64,000 bases of DNA from Octopus vulgaris (taxonomy: Eukaryota), in the NCBI GenBank assembly GCA_951406725.2, contig OX597815.1, forward strand, positions 138,756,001 to 138,820,000, read 5' to 3'. Below are positions 35,497 through 46,670 of the stretch, piece after piece. The notes under the pieces were generated by a model. The model ran no database searches. It was not told the origin of the DNA and saw nothing but the letters and a program-made list of their open reading frames with translations. Numbering within the stretch: the first letter of the stretch is position 1; each line of letters begins with the position of its first letter. The translations under genes and the position numbers were made by a program.

Positions 35497-35830
35497 TTCC
35501 TTCTGTCTGACAGACCGAAAACGGCCGCCAAAACAGAAAAAGTGTAACGCGCTGAACGAGCGAAACGCGAAACCGCGTCAACGCCGTTCAGAATTTCCAC
35601 AACAACAACAACGCTTTTTGTTCTTTTTTACCGAATTTCAGGAGCCGAAAAAAAAAACACGGAGCCGAAAAAACTTATTTTATTTTTTATTACCCACTAA
35701 GGGGCTACGAAGAGTGCCGGACATAACAAAACATGGGGACACAGAACATTATAATTAAATTTTATGAACATGAAGTGTTAAACGAAAAATGATAAAATGA
35801 AAGCGACACCAACGGCCCCGTCCGTCAGCA

Positions 35831-37249
35831 TCACTTACCTGTCCTTTGTTTTTCATAGTCACTTGAATGTTCTTTGCCAATATGAATAAATTCCATATCC
35901 ATTCTTACTCCGAAATACTCATTCATATTTTCCACGAATTCATCGCTCATTCTTATATCTTTCACCTCCCAATTTTCCTTTTCACACCTCCCCATAAACT
36001 CACCTATGTTCTTTTTTTCAATCACAGCATACCTAGTCTCTCCAACATCATACCGTTTATACTCTTCCATTAGACTTTTAACTTCCCTCTGTTCAGTCAT
36101 AGTACAAATGTACGGCCTGGGTTCGATTTCAATCTCTTGTGTGTGTGTATTCTTTTTTTTCTTTTGTTTTCTTGTTGGTGGGGAGCGGGTGGGTTCAATG
36201 TCTGCATGGATAGGGTGGGACTCAGAGGGTGTGGGAGGTTTTGGGGTAGATTGGAGTTCCATATTATTTTCTTTTTTTCCACATATTCTTCTCTTCCTCT
36301 TACTTCCAGCTTCCTTCCATGTCTGTGTATTCTCTTCCTCTGTTTCCTTCTCCTCTGGTTTCTGCTTCTCTCTCTCTGGTTCGGGATCCATTTCTTTCCC
36401 TGGGGGAGGGCAGAAGGCTCTTATGTGACCCCTCAGGCCACACTTGTAACAACGTGGAGCCCTGCCCTCCACCCACACTCTCATGATCACTTCTCCCAGT
36501 CTGATGCTTTCCGTCAGGTCCACCAGTACCTCGGTCTCTGCCTGTACGTTCAGCTCCACTGTTACTCCTCTCCAGCCCTCGGACTTAACCGAGGCATGGA
36601 GAATATCTACTTCGTCCTCGTGGCCGCTGATCACAGCCGCCACAATCCATTCTGCCTCCACGTTTGGTGGCACTCCCTCCACCCTTATTCGTGTAATCCT
36701 CCTGTTTAAATACGTAGGTAACAGTGTTACCTTTTCCGACTTCACCGCCTTCGCTGCCATCTTCCTCGCTGCAGATTCACTTTTAAAGTGCACAACTACG
36801 GTCCCGTACTTGGATCCTCGAGTCAGAAAATTTATTTCCTCCTCAGTTCTTCGCAGGGCTTCCTGTATCCATTCCATGGTTACAACTTCTACCCTCTTCC
36901 TTTCGTTTGCGAACACCCTGTAAACAATGGTCCTCTTATCATACCATTCTTTTCTCCTGGGTGTCGGTGATAGTTCCACCTCACCGCTTTCCTTTTTCAT
37001 GTATTTCTGGTAACTTGGCAACTTGGCCATGTCGACCCCTTTCTCTTCCGCCTTCTTGGTTACACCGGCATAGGTATAACCCAGCTTCTTTTCCAATTCC
37101 CTTGCTGCCATATCTAGCTCCTTCTCAGACATAGGCAAGTCTGATAAAGACTCAAAAACTCCAGCCTTTTCCTCCATCAGCTTCACTGCAATTGCCTGTT
37201 CCAGTTCCTCATCCGTCGTGGATAAGTCTGTTAGCGACTCATAGTCCAT
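35831..37249 (-). CDS. ORF1/Gag-like protein, unit 14 (472 aa)
   Basis: Intact ORF with CCHC knuckle. Confidence 0.88.
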   Translation of the reverse strand: MDYESLTDLSTTDEELEQAIAVKLMEEKAGVFESLSDLPMSEKELDMAARELEKKLGYTYAGVTKKAEEKGVDMAKLPSYQKYMKKESGEVELSPTPRRKEWYDKRTIVYRVFANERKRVEVVTMEWIQEALRRTEEEINFLTRGSKYGTVVVHFKSESAARKMAAKAVKSEKVTLLPTYLNRRITRIRVEGVPPNVEAEWIVAAVISGHEDEVDILHASVKSEGWRGVTVELNVQAETEVLVDLTESIRLGEVIMRVWVEGRAPRCYKCGLRGHIRAFCPPPGKEMDPEPEREKQKPEEKETEEENTQTWKEAGSKRKRRICGKKENNMELQSTPKPPTPSESHPIHADIEPTRSPPTRKQKKKKNTHTQEIEIEPRPYICTMTEQREVKSLMEEYKRYDVGETRYAVIEKKNIGEFMGRCEKENWEVKDIRMSDEFVENMNEYFGVRMDMEFIHIGKEHSSDYEKQRTGK

Positions 37250-37406
37250 TTCCTTCTGTCTGACAGACCGAAAACGGCCGCCAAAACAGAAAAAGTGTAA
37301 CGCGCTGAACGAGCGAAACGCGAAACCGCGTCAACGCCGTTCAGAATTTCCACAACAACAACAACTTTTTGTTCTTTTTTACCGAATTTTCAGGAGCCGA
37401 AAAAAC

Positions 37407-37482
37407 CGCAACCTTTTTCCTCTACATTGTATACTTTATAGACAATAGTCTTTTCTTTAATTTAATTTTTTATTATCCATCT
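37407..37482 (-). pseudogene. Decayed ORF1 fragment (upstream half) of the interrupted third element
   Basis: The minus strand translates IKEKTIVYKVYNVEEKG, matching DKRTIVYRVFANERK (array ORF1) and NRRIIYKTFSITNR (LINE ORF1). In those proteins this motif immediately precedes the segment found at 7574. Confidence 0.7.
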
Positions 37483-37753
37483 GGACTATTCCATTTCTGC
37501 ACGCTAATTTTATTTTTAATTTATTCCCATTCATGTGAAACCACTTATTCAAGTTCAACTCATTGATGCAATTTTATACCAATTGCTATTTTTACTTTTG
37601 TTATGTTACGATTATATTATACTTTAGTTTGATTTTAATTATTACTTACTACATATAATTCAATTGTTATTATTATTTTTATTGTTAAAGTGAAAGTATC
37701 TGACATAAAATAGAGAAACGTTTTTGTTTCACTTTTAACACGTAATACTGAAA

Positions 37754-38052
37754 TAGTGGAGAAGATATGATATTGCTATGGGCTCGCTCTAGGCAAGAAG
37801 TTGAACATTTGTTTTGCCCATGAAACTACATGGACCCTAAGTAAGGCATGTGTAAAATTTGAATGAAATTGGTTGTGTAGTTCTCAAGTTTTAGGGAATC
37901 GTAGTGGAGAAGATATGATATTGCTGTGGGCTCGCCCTAGGAAAAAGGTTAAAATGTTTTTGCCGATGACACTCCCCGGACCCTAAGTAAGGCATGTGTA
38001 AAATTTGAATGAAATTGGTTGTGTAGTTCTAGTTCTCACGTTTTAGGGAAAC
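37754..38052. repeat. Two diverged tandem copies of a ~148-bp unit near the putative Helitron 5' end
   Basis: tagtggagaagatatgatattgct...ggaccctaagtaaggcatgtgtaaaatttgaatgaaattggttgtgtagttct...ttttagggaa at 37754-37901 and 37902-38052. Confidence 0.9.
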
Positions 38053-38109
38053 AGACAGAGAGACACACGTTCTCAGTTTTATATATATAAATATTATTAT
38101 GCGTTTAGT

Positions 38110-38453
38110 TTATTCTTTTATTCTTTCATTATTTTACTTGTTTCAATCTTTTCACTGCGGCGATGCTGACGTACCGCCTTTAGTAAAAAAAAAAAAAAAA
38201 TTGACCCCAGGACTTATTCTTTGTAAGCCTAGAGCTTTTTCTATCAGTGTCTTTTGCTGAACCGCTATGTTACGGAGACGTGAAAACATCAACATCGGTT
38301 GTAAAGCGATGGTCGGGGGACAAATACAGGCACGCAAATATATACATACATAAATACATACATACATACATACATACATACATACATGCGTACATATATA
38401 CATACATACATACATACATAATACATACATATATATATATATACATACTTACA

Positions 38454-38492
<39 letters not shown>

Positions 38493-38640
38493 CGGTCTTC
38501 TTTCAGTTTCTGTCAAACAAATCCACTGACAAGGCTTTGGTCAGCCCGAGGGTATTGTAGGAAACACCTGCCCAAGCTTCCACGCAGTGGGACTGAACCC
38601 AGAACCAAGTGGTTGGGAAGCAAGCTTCTTACCACAACCA
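38110..38640 (-). mobile_element. tRNA-derived SINE of a second family, with an internal (TACA)n/(TA)n microsatellite
   Basis: Minus-strand head tggttgtggtaagaagcttgcttcccaaccac...gggttcagtcccactgcgtgg (A/B-box-like); homologous to 54576-54945; AAGAAT-like tail. Confidence 0.75.
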
Positions 38641-38979
38641 AAATGTTCTTCTATTGCCTTTCGGTGTTTGTGTCCTTCGGTTGGCATTTACTGAATGGAA
38701 AACTTTTGAAAATTCTCTTTCCACATATTTCCAGATACTCACTCAGAGAAATCTGGCATAGTTGCGGATTCATCCACTTTAGCTAAGAAAATTCTTGGGT
38801 TCGCCACAGACACATGTGCATACACATATGGATTCAAAATAAAGAACATCCCAACCAATTCCGAAAGATTCTCTACCACAAAACCTAAGAAAACAAATTT
38901 AGATTCCTTTTAACCCAAATCCTGACTACCTCCTTTTCCTTAATATATAAAATCTGTACACCATTTCAAACAATCTATA

Positions 38980-39040
38980 GACAGGCAGATATATAGATAG
39001 ACAGGTACATACATACACACATACATACAAACAAACATGC

Positions 39041-39071
<31 letters not shown>

Positions 39072-39125
39072 CATACATACATACATACATACATACATAC
39101 ATACATACATACACATATACATACA
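38980..39125. repeat. (ACAT)n microsatellite
   Basis: Direct inspection. Confidence 0.95.
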
Positions 39126-39444
39126 CCTGCTGAATACCAATGTTGAGAAATTCGGCTTCTCAAAACTAGAAAGGAGAAAGCTGATTCGAAGAATACAGAT
39201 CCAATGCATCACTGGAACTGTAAAAAATCTATAAAACTTTCCAGAAATTTATCATTTAAATATATACAATTATATTTTCGTTTCGCAGGCTGACAAACGG
39301 AAACCATCAACCATCATCTTTAAAATGTAAGTTTGGTAGGGTTAGCGCCTTAGTTGCCGACGGTAGTACTAAGTATGACCTCTCACATATACATACACTC
39401 TTATATAAGTACATAAAGTATGTGATGATATGTGATATGTGATG

Positions 39445-39451
39445 TATATAT

Positions 39452-39490
<39 letters not shown>

Positions 39491-39573
39491 ACCATAAGAG
39501 AATGTTATATCTGGACGAACATAGTAATAACGATATATAAGATTATAACTAAATAAATATATATGTATGTATA

Positions 39574-39628
<55 letters not shown>

Positions 39629-39691
39629 GCACCTAACCATTAGAGAGGGATATGTCTGGCAGAACATAGTAATAACGATGTGTAAGAAGAT

Positions 39692-39745
<54 letters not shown>

Positions 39746-39810
39746 CATGCATACATATTTACATTATGCATACGCATACATACACGCGCACATACATATA
39801 TACATATATA
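39445..39810. repeat. Cluster of (AT)n tracts with a short duplicated spacer (tctgg..gaacatagtaataacgat)
   Basis: Direct inspection; the spacer occurs at ~39510 and ~39655. Confidence 0.85.
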
Positions 39811-42800
39811 AGGTACTTCTTGTTTGCTTACATAACGAATAATAATATATGTATATTCATATTCGTATATGTACACATGTATATATGTCTACATATGTAT
39901 ATTGTGTTTTGAAATACATTACATCTACAAGAGATGTTATCTCTGGATGAATACATCAGTAACTTCCATTTCAATGATGTACTGAAGTTAAGTACGATAC
40001 ATTGATGGCAACTTGAATTTAATATTGCTGTCATTGTATATAATGGATTTATATTTGTGTATATATTTATCTGTGCAGAGCTGTACAGTGAGAGAGAGAG
40101 AGGGAGAAAGAGGAAAAGAAAGAGCGAGAGAGTAGGAGACAGACAGGGGAAGTGGGCGGAAAATAGAGAGTGTGAGAGAGAGGGAGTGAGAAATAGGGCA
40201 GAGAAATATATAGATACAAAAATTCAAAGCTTAATATTAAATCATCTGTTGTAAATGACATGAACATCGCAACGAAGGGGATAACAATTTTCACTGTAAA
40301 TAGTTACCACCTGCTTCTGAGATTATTATAATTTTATTTTATATGATATGCTGAATGTCAAGTTGTTTAAACAGGTGGTGAAAGTAGTTTCCTTCCGTTA
40401 CAACCGTTACACCGTTCTTCAAAATTATGTTATTTTGAGGTTTCGTGCGATCTTTATGAGGGCATAAAACACAAACATGTATTCTGTAGGTGAGGCAATA
40501 TAAGAAATATAAATGAACGGATTTTATGAAATTAACATAGAACATATCTGTTTTGTTTTTGACCTTATTTCTTGATACTTATATGAGGAATCATAGTTAT
40601 ACCTGCATCTTAAACATTTGTGGAAGACATTATTTTTTTCCAATATAGACAACTGTTTCTACGAACACAGACATGTATGGATCTCTATTTGCGTTAAATT
40701 ATCTCGTATGACACCCAATATATATACTTGATAATTAAGTCTTCTATCAGGATGTACATTGTATACATATAACTACAAGAAAATCAATACTGAATGGATA
40801 CAATTTAAATTTGCTACTGACAGATTCGTGTATAAATTTCAGAAAGATTGGAATTTTCACATCACTAAGTATACACAAAGTAATTATATATCTATTATGT
40901 ACAAAAGGCTTGAATTCTAATATAGCACTATTCGTATATGTTTATCTTAAGTGACATCAGCAATTTAATATTTTAATATAGATTTGGTTTGTTATTCATT
41001 TACATACAGGTCTAGTTAGTAAGTGCCTATTCAAGTGAAAGGTATCTTAGATAAGGTGACTTAAGTTGCCCTTAATCCCATCTTTTCCCTCGTTTTTCTG
41101 CATAGGTTCCGGAAGTGATTGTCCGATCGTAATATTTTCAATATAAAAAAAATCATCTCTATCTCACTCCAAAAAGGTATCTAACATCATATATAGTTAT
41201 CCCTAGTGCTAAATATATATCCATTAATATTGTCTTCTTACCCTATTTTGAACTCGGAAATATTTAGCTATAAATATTCGTCGCGATAACTTCGTTTTAT
41301 ACAGTAATTATATATCATATTAACATTACTCATAACAGTTTAATTAAGGTAACGTTCAAAACTATATTAGGCATGTTACCAGAATTACTATTTAATATAT
41401 ATTTAACTTATATTCAGTTCTATATTCCACACGGTATTCACTATACTGAAGTCCGTTTCATAATAACTCAAAATCAATTGTGATTTCTGTATGTGTTTAA
41501 TTAAAATTCGGACTAAAAAAACTTTTAACTCAATAAACTCTACTTAATAACCCTAATATTGTATTAATAAAAGTGTTATCTGGTGGAATAAATCCGTTTC
41601 ATTTGGATATTATCAATGAACGTAGCTTGATTTAATTTATATTTTTGTGTTTACTTAATTGAAAATCCCAATCTATTACATAAATATTAAATTTTAAGAA
41701 TGACCTCTGAAAATATTAAGTATTATGATGGACGATGTTTATCAAGTCTTCTTAAACCTGATATTGAAATATTCATCACTACTATCTTGTAGTTAAACAC
41801 ATTTTGCCTATAGTTAAAAGACATGCAGCATCTACTTCAAACTTGCTACTGCATGCTGACAAGAATAGAAGACCTATATGCCGACATTAACACTCAACTC
41901 ATAACAATATATTTCGATCCATTCAAACTACATTTCACTTTATATAACAAGTGCATTGTAAGGTTTAGCATTTCATATTACGTAGTTAACACATAACAAA
42001 AGGAAAATGCTGAGATATTATGTTTGAAAGGTGACAGACTAGGCATTGTTGAAATTACTGATATCAGAACATGTCAAACTCTTTCAGATACATTTGATTC
42101 AGTATGTAAATATTTTAGTGCATGTCACATTTCTAGCAAGTGTCATTCCTTCTATGACAAAGTAAACATATTCAACCTGTATTCAATACAGGTGGAACTG
42201 TACAAAAGATTAAAAGAAATATGTAACACACACATACACACACACACACTTACATAGTATACATATATACATATATGTATATATGCGTTTGTGTGCGCAT
42301 TTATGTAGGTGTGTATGTACGTGTTAGTGTTTTTATTCATGAACTGTAAATTCCATTTAATACTCCTTAACATCACGTAAGAAATATTCTCTTCAGCTTC
42401 ACCTCGTGATTTCCATTAAACCACTAATGGTACAACATATACCATCAATCACCAGATCCATTAATGTGGTAACAGAACCTGTATTCTCCTCCTCCTATTG
42501 CACCACAACCTCATCATTTGCGCTACTACTTCCACTACGACCATCAATTCTATCCAGCATCAAGAAATCACTTTGTTTATCACCGCCATCATCTCAGTTC
42601 TACAATACGCCTGCTAACATCAGTGACCTATTGAATTCAACAAGTACAGAACCTGTGAGTTCCTCACTAACTCTCAGTCGAACCACTTCTACAACAACAG
42701 GGGCCAAATCACTCAGTTCAGAAACTTCCATAAACAACAAACGCTCCACTTTTTCCCACGCGAATAAACGAACTCTTACAATATGTTACTATTTCCAACG

Positions 42801-44599
42801 TTACATACTATATTTGTAATATAACTGTATTTTCACGTTTTCTCCATGAGCTACACTCACAATTAAGAGACATACTGCCAACTAATAAGATACATTCACA
42901 AAAGTATTTGCATAATGAATCCTTTCACCAATAAATAATTCGATCTTGCCATATTCACTCTCTATTTTGATATCTTAAAGTGCATTAAATACTTAAATCT
43001 ACCCATTGTTATAGCAAAACTGATCCGGTACCTTCCTACAACTCAGGAAACGATTAGGTATTCAGTAGAAACAAAAGTAGCAATTGTGACGTATCAGGTA
43101 GCGCACCGACAACTCCAGAGACTCTAGATATCAATTGTTCTCTAAAAAAAGAATTCTTTTTGAGCATTTTCATCTGGCAAAAGAAACCCCAAAAGCGCTC
43201 TAGTTATAACACAGCATCAACCTCGACTCTGATCTCAGTGCAGATAGTACTCGCAGTGCTGCCACTAATCGAGAATGACTACAGTGCAAGTCTCACGAAG
43301 TAACGAAGTCACCTTATCATAGATGTTACTGTCAAATCTACTAGGTATTAACTCATTTATCAATGCACAAAAGTAAATTTCATATATTGAGGGTTAGGTA
43401 GCTGAATAGTCACAGTCTATCCTTCTCTGTAATCCATCTCAACATTTTCTACTCTGATGCCGGGTTAAAAAATTCAGCAGCATTAGTACGAATCGCTCAG
43501 GCCGAAGATATAGAAGAGGTACGATTTTCTTCCATGATCCCATGTCGAATAGGGAAAGTATTTATTTTTTACTAGCTATTGTAAATCGGTGTCTCTCAAC
43601 AACAAGGCTATTGAGCTCTCTTTAGAAGCTACCCCATGATTCTACTCTGCTTTCATGAGTTCGTTATAAAATTAAATGTTCTTATCTAGAAATGCAACTA
43701 TGGAAAAAATACTAATGAAATGTGAATTTAATATCCACTTTCACAATTGGTCAACAAATACTATGAAATCAGGAACTCACATCAACCACAGACAGCAGCA
43801 AAATATTGTAGAAACACTTTTCAATTTAATGAACATCTTTTCTTTGGTCTCAACTCGTGCTCGTCCAAAGATACAGAAAACGTTTTGGACTTAGTGTTAA
43901 GCTACTATGTTAGTAATATTCATTTTATTCCTGTTCTTAAACTCTTCTCTCAAATGATGCCACGACACTGTGTAGCCTCCTTTTTCATCATCCAAAATCA
44001 CTGATACTAGCCGACACATTTGACACCATGGATTAGCACAAAGAAAACTGGAGTGCAATCATACATGACATATAACTTGTTGACTGGTTTTCCATTCATA
44101 TCAAAGTATCCCTCTAGCTATTTGAAGATACCGTTATTAATGCACTCTATTAAGTCCCTAGCTGATCCGGAATAAAAAGATTTGCAGACATCCATGAAAG
44201 GTAGAAAATCATTGGGAAAACAAAAGCTTTAAAAATATCAATCGGCTAAAATGCCGTCAGCAGCACTCTTAGGATTGTAATAACAACTTTCGAATCGGCA
44301 AAAAGACATTATCTCCAGAGAAGCATAACAGAAATCATTAACAATTAAAATGTTAAAGAGAAAAGTTCGGGTTACTGAGAAAATTAGGCATCTCATAATT
44401 TTCTACATATTTGCTAAAAAAAAAATGGTCAAGTGTTTCGTCCATCGGCTCACTGATTTATGAAAACATTCTGCCTAGCGACAGCAAAGCCCTGAGAAAA
44501 TTTTTTACAGAAGACTGCTGTTCTGTTTTCAGTGATTTTGTATTAATGAAGTAAAGCCTTAGTTTCTTTCTGACGGATCTGTCGGCGCCAAGGCAAATA

Positions 44600-45950
44600 T
44601 AGTGGCAATAAATATAACTGAAGTTAAGCTGAATTTATTAAGTCAAGTTAAATGGGTTTCCTGCTCGTATCTTGACGAAGTGCCAGCATCAACTTGAATC
44701 TGCCATGCTAATCCCTGTGTGAGATTCTCAGATATAGGTAGTATACATGAACAATTACTATCCCTGTCTGTCATCCCACTTTTATACGGAAAGAAAAACG
44801 TTACTCGTAATTAATTATCATCAGATCTTACTAATCTGTTATATCAATAATTTATCTGAGAAGGTGGCGAGATTAGAAATATTATACTCTAAAGAGCAAC
44901 AGTCTTCTAAATAACAAATAGCACAATTTTTATGAAGGTATAGAATGTTTGATATAGTGTCTGGGCTACTTTGATGACATTTTAAATGCTTAATGTGAGG
45001 GCCGCCAACACGGATATTATATACTTTGATTTTAGTATATCCTTTAAAAGTGTCAAATTCAGCATCCTATGGAAGAAATAATCTACCACTGATATCTGCG
45101 GAAAAGTACTATAGTAGATTTTTTGTTACATCATTTGTGGTGTTTCACAACGTGCGTTGTTAGCTCACATATCTTCATTATTTATGTAACAGATGTTGCA
45201 AGTGTAAACTCAGTAACATAACATGTTTTTGAAGATGATTAAGTTTCTGGGTAGTAAATCGGACAGAACTCAAATCTGGCTTATACCTTGTGTGACAATG
45301 AGTGTTGAAAAATACATGCTATTAAATGAGTTGGCGATTGAGCTCATCTACTTTGAAAATGGAGATGTAATTAAACAGCGAATACAATTCCCTCAGGATA
45401 GCTCAAGTAACTATACTGGAATGCACACATATAGAGGAAAGTCGATATGTTCAGCGAATGTGCTGTTGATCCTTTAAACTATTCGGACAAGAGATCCTGG
45501 TATCATCGTTATTAAAGTTTCTACTTTTGGTGGTTGTCTTATTGAATATTGTACTCTTCTGTGGTCTATTCATACCAAACAAGGTGTTATAAATTGAATC
45601 ATGGGTGAGTTCAATTACAAAACAAAACAAATATACTAAGGAATTTTTAAAATGACATGACGGTTATTGTTTTACTGGGATCGCTTCAAAACTCGGACCC
45701 TATTCTCCTTAAAGGCACTGTTAGCAATAATATATTTTTATAATATACAAAATATTTCATCAAAGATGTGCAAACGATAATTTTTTTTTTCTAAATTGTC
45801 CCACTTCCTTTGCCATATTTCTCCATTAAGCGTCGAATCCACATCGCATTACGCAGCATTTGTAACCTGAATTGGGATTCCTTTATGCAATACTATGCAA
45901 TGCTATTGAGAAAAAATAAATGAAATAAAGATTCTATTACATTTAAGCGG
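44600..45950 (+). mobile_element. Highly decayed CR1/L2-group LINE RT remnant (may extend upstream to ~42400)
   Basis: Degenerate motifs in the expected order: SVIPLY..INYHQILL (~PIYKKG..NYRPISL), NSLLNNK*HNFYEGIECL (~QHGF..GRSC), DIIYFDFSISFKSV (~DVIYLDFSKAFDSV) at ~45013, LIEYCTLLWS (~LEYCSPVWSP) at ~45540. Confidence 0.6.
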
Positions 45951-46059
45951 TTTCTAACAAAAAAAATGCATGAAATACTTCTCCATGTAGAACAATTAAG
46001 TTACAAAAGGTCTTGGTCAATAATGTCTGAAACCTAAGTTATCCACCAAGCTGATCGCA

Positions 46060-46670
46060 ACCACAACCCTCTCTCCTTACATTCAACGGTCTTCCAACGA
46101 ATTTCCCTTTTCCTTTCTTTTCTACCCCTCCAACCTAGCCCTCCGTCGGAGGATCCTACCACCATCGCTGTTTTCCCCCAACCACCCTTGTCTTCCTTCA
46201 AACACGCCTGCAACCTACGCGATCTACTGATCCATAGCTCACTCCCACTCCAGCCTAAATCCTTCTCTTACTCCAGACCCCGTTTCAACAGACATCCGTT
46301 CATCACCAACATCACCTCCCTCACTGAATCTAAGCAACATACACCCCTTACCCGAGACTCCTTCTCCTGAACCTCATCTAATCTGGTATATTGCATTTAT
46401 TGTACCCTTTGCAACTGCCTATAAGTTAGTCAGTCGGGCCGAAGGCTAGCCAACAGATTCACCGAACACCTATGGGAATCCGCCTGCGGGAAAATATCCC
46501 TCGTTGCCCGCCATTTATGTTCCGCCAGCCTCACCATCTCACTGCCTTCGGCCTGGGCTTGCACCAAGGCTACACCAACACCAGACTTTGCCTTTGAACA
46601 GCGCTACATCTTCACTCTCCAAACCCAAACACCATTTGGTCTAAGGATAACCCCACCTTCCACAAACATT
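46060..46670 (+). mobile_element. Penelope-like element remnant (GIY-YIG endonuclease region)
   Basis: PLSSFKHACNLRDLLIHSSL...RDSFS*TSSNLVYCIYCTLCNCL*VSQSGRRLATRFTEHL resembles the PLE NLRDLLV...FSC.SSNLVYCI.C..C..YVGQTGR.L..RF.EH pattern. Confidence 0.8.

Larger units (their letters stand above)
12835..37409 (-). mobile_element. Tandem head-to-tail array of 14 ORF1-only non-autonomous non-LTR elements (~1.73-1.77 kb each)
   Basis: Unit left ends at about 12835, 14565, 16296, 18117, 19852, 21614, 23382, 25145, 26905, 28668, 30399, 32163, 33926 and 35675. Each unit has a ~160-200 bp CpG-rich 5'UTR, one ORF, and a ~150 bp 3'UTR ending gccccttagtgggtaataaa. No APE or RT is present. Confidence 0.93.
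7078..38091 (-). mobile_element. Putative non-autonomous Helitron-like element (~1.2 kb of its own sequence) interrupted by the 30 kb retroelement complex
   Basis: The minus-strand 3' end has a GACCCG-N7-CGGGTC hairpin (7089-7107) then CTAG followed by T (7081-7077). The far end reads (a)tttatatatataaaactgagaacgtgtgtctctctgtctg on the minus strand, resembling the TCTATATATATAAA 5' start of such elements with one mismatch. Pairing of the two ends is inferred. Confidence 0.45.

Noticed and set aside
13023-37134. Recurrent plus-strand ORFs (68, 140, 190, 146, 60 and 75 aa) in every unit
   Set aside because: They are antisense shadows of the purine-rich ORF1 (F/S/L-rich) and recur only because the DNA is repeated.
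12835-37409. Reading the array as a host multigene family, plain satellite or CRISPR-like array
   Set aside because: The units are intronless, homologous to LINE ORF1 and end in the LINE 3' tail. The repeats are 1.75 kb and there are no cas genes.
37411-37430. ttttcctctacattgt as a TSD partner of tttcctccatgt for the array
   Set aside because: The match is only partial and is explained by adjacent Glu-Glu-type codons in the interrupted ORF1; the array has no clear TSD.
42406-42819. 137-aa Ser/Thr-rich ORF
   Set aside because: Low complexity, non-ATG start and no domain; probably part of the decayed LINE downstream.
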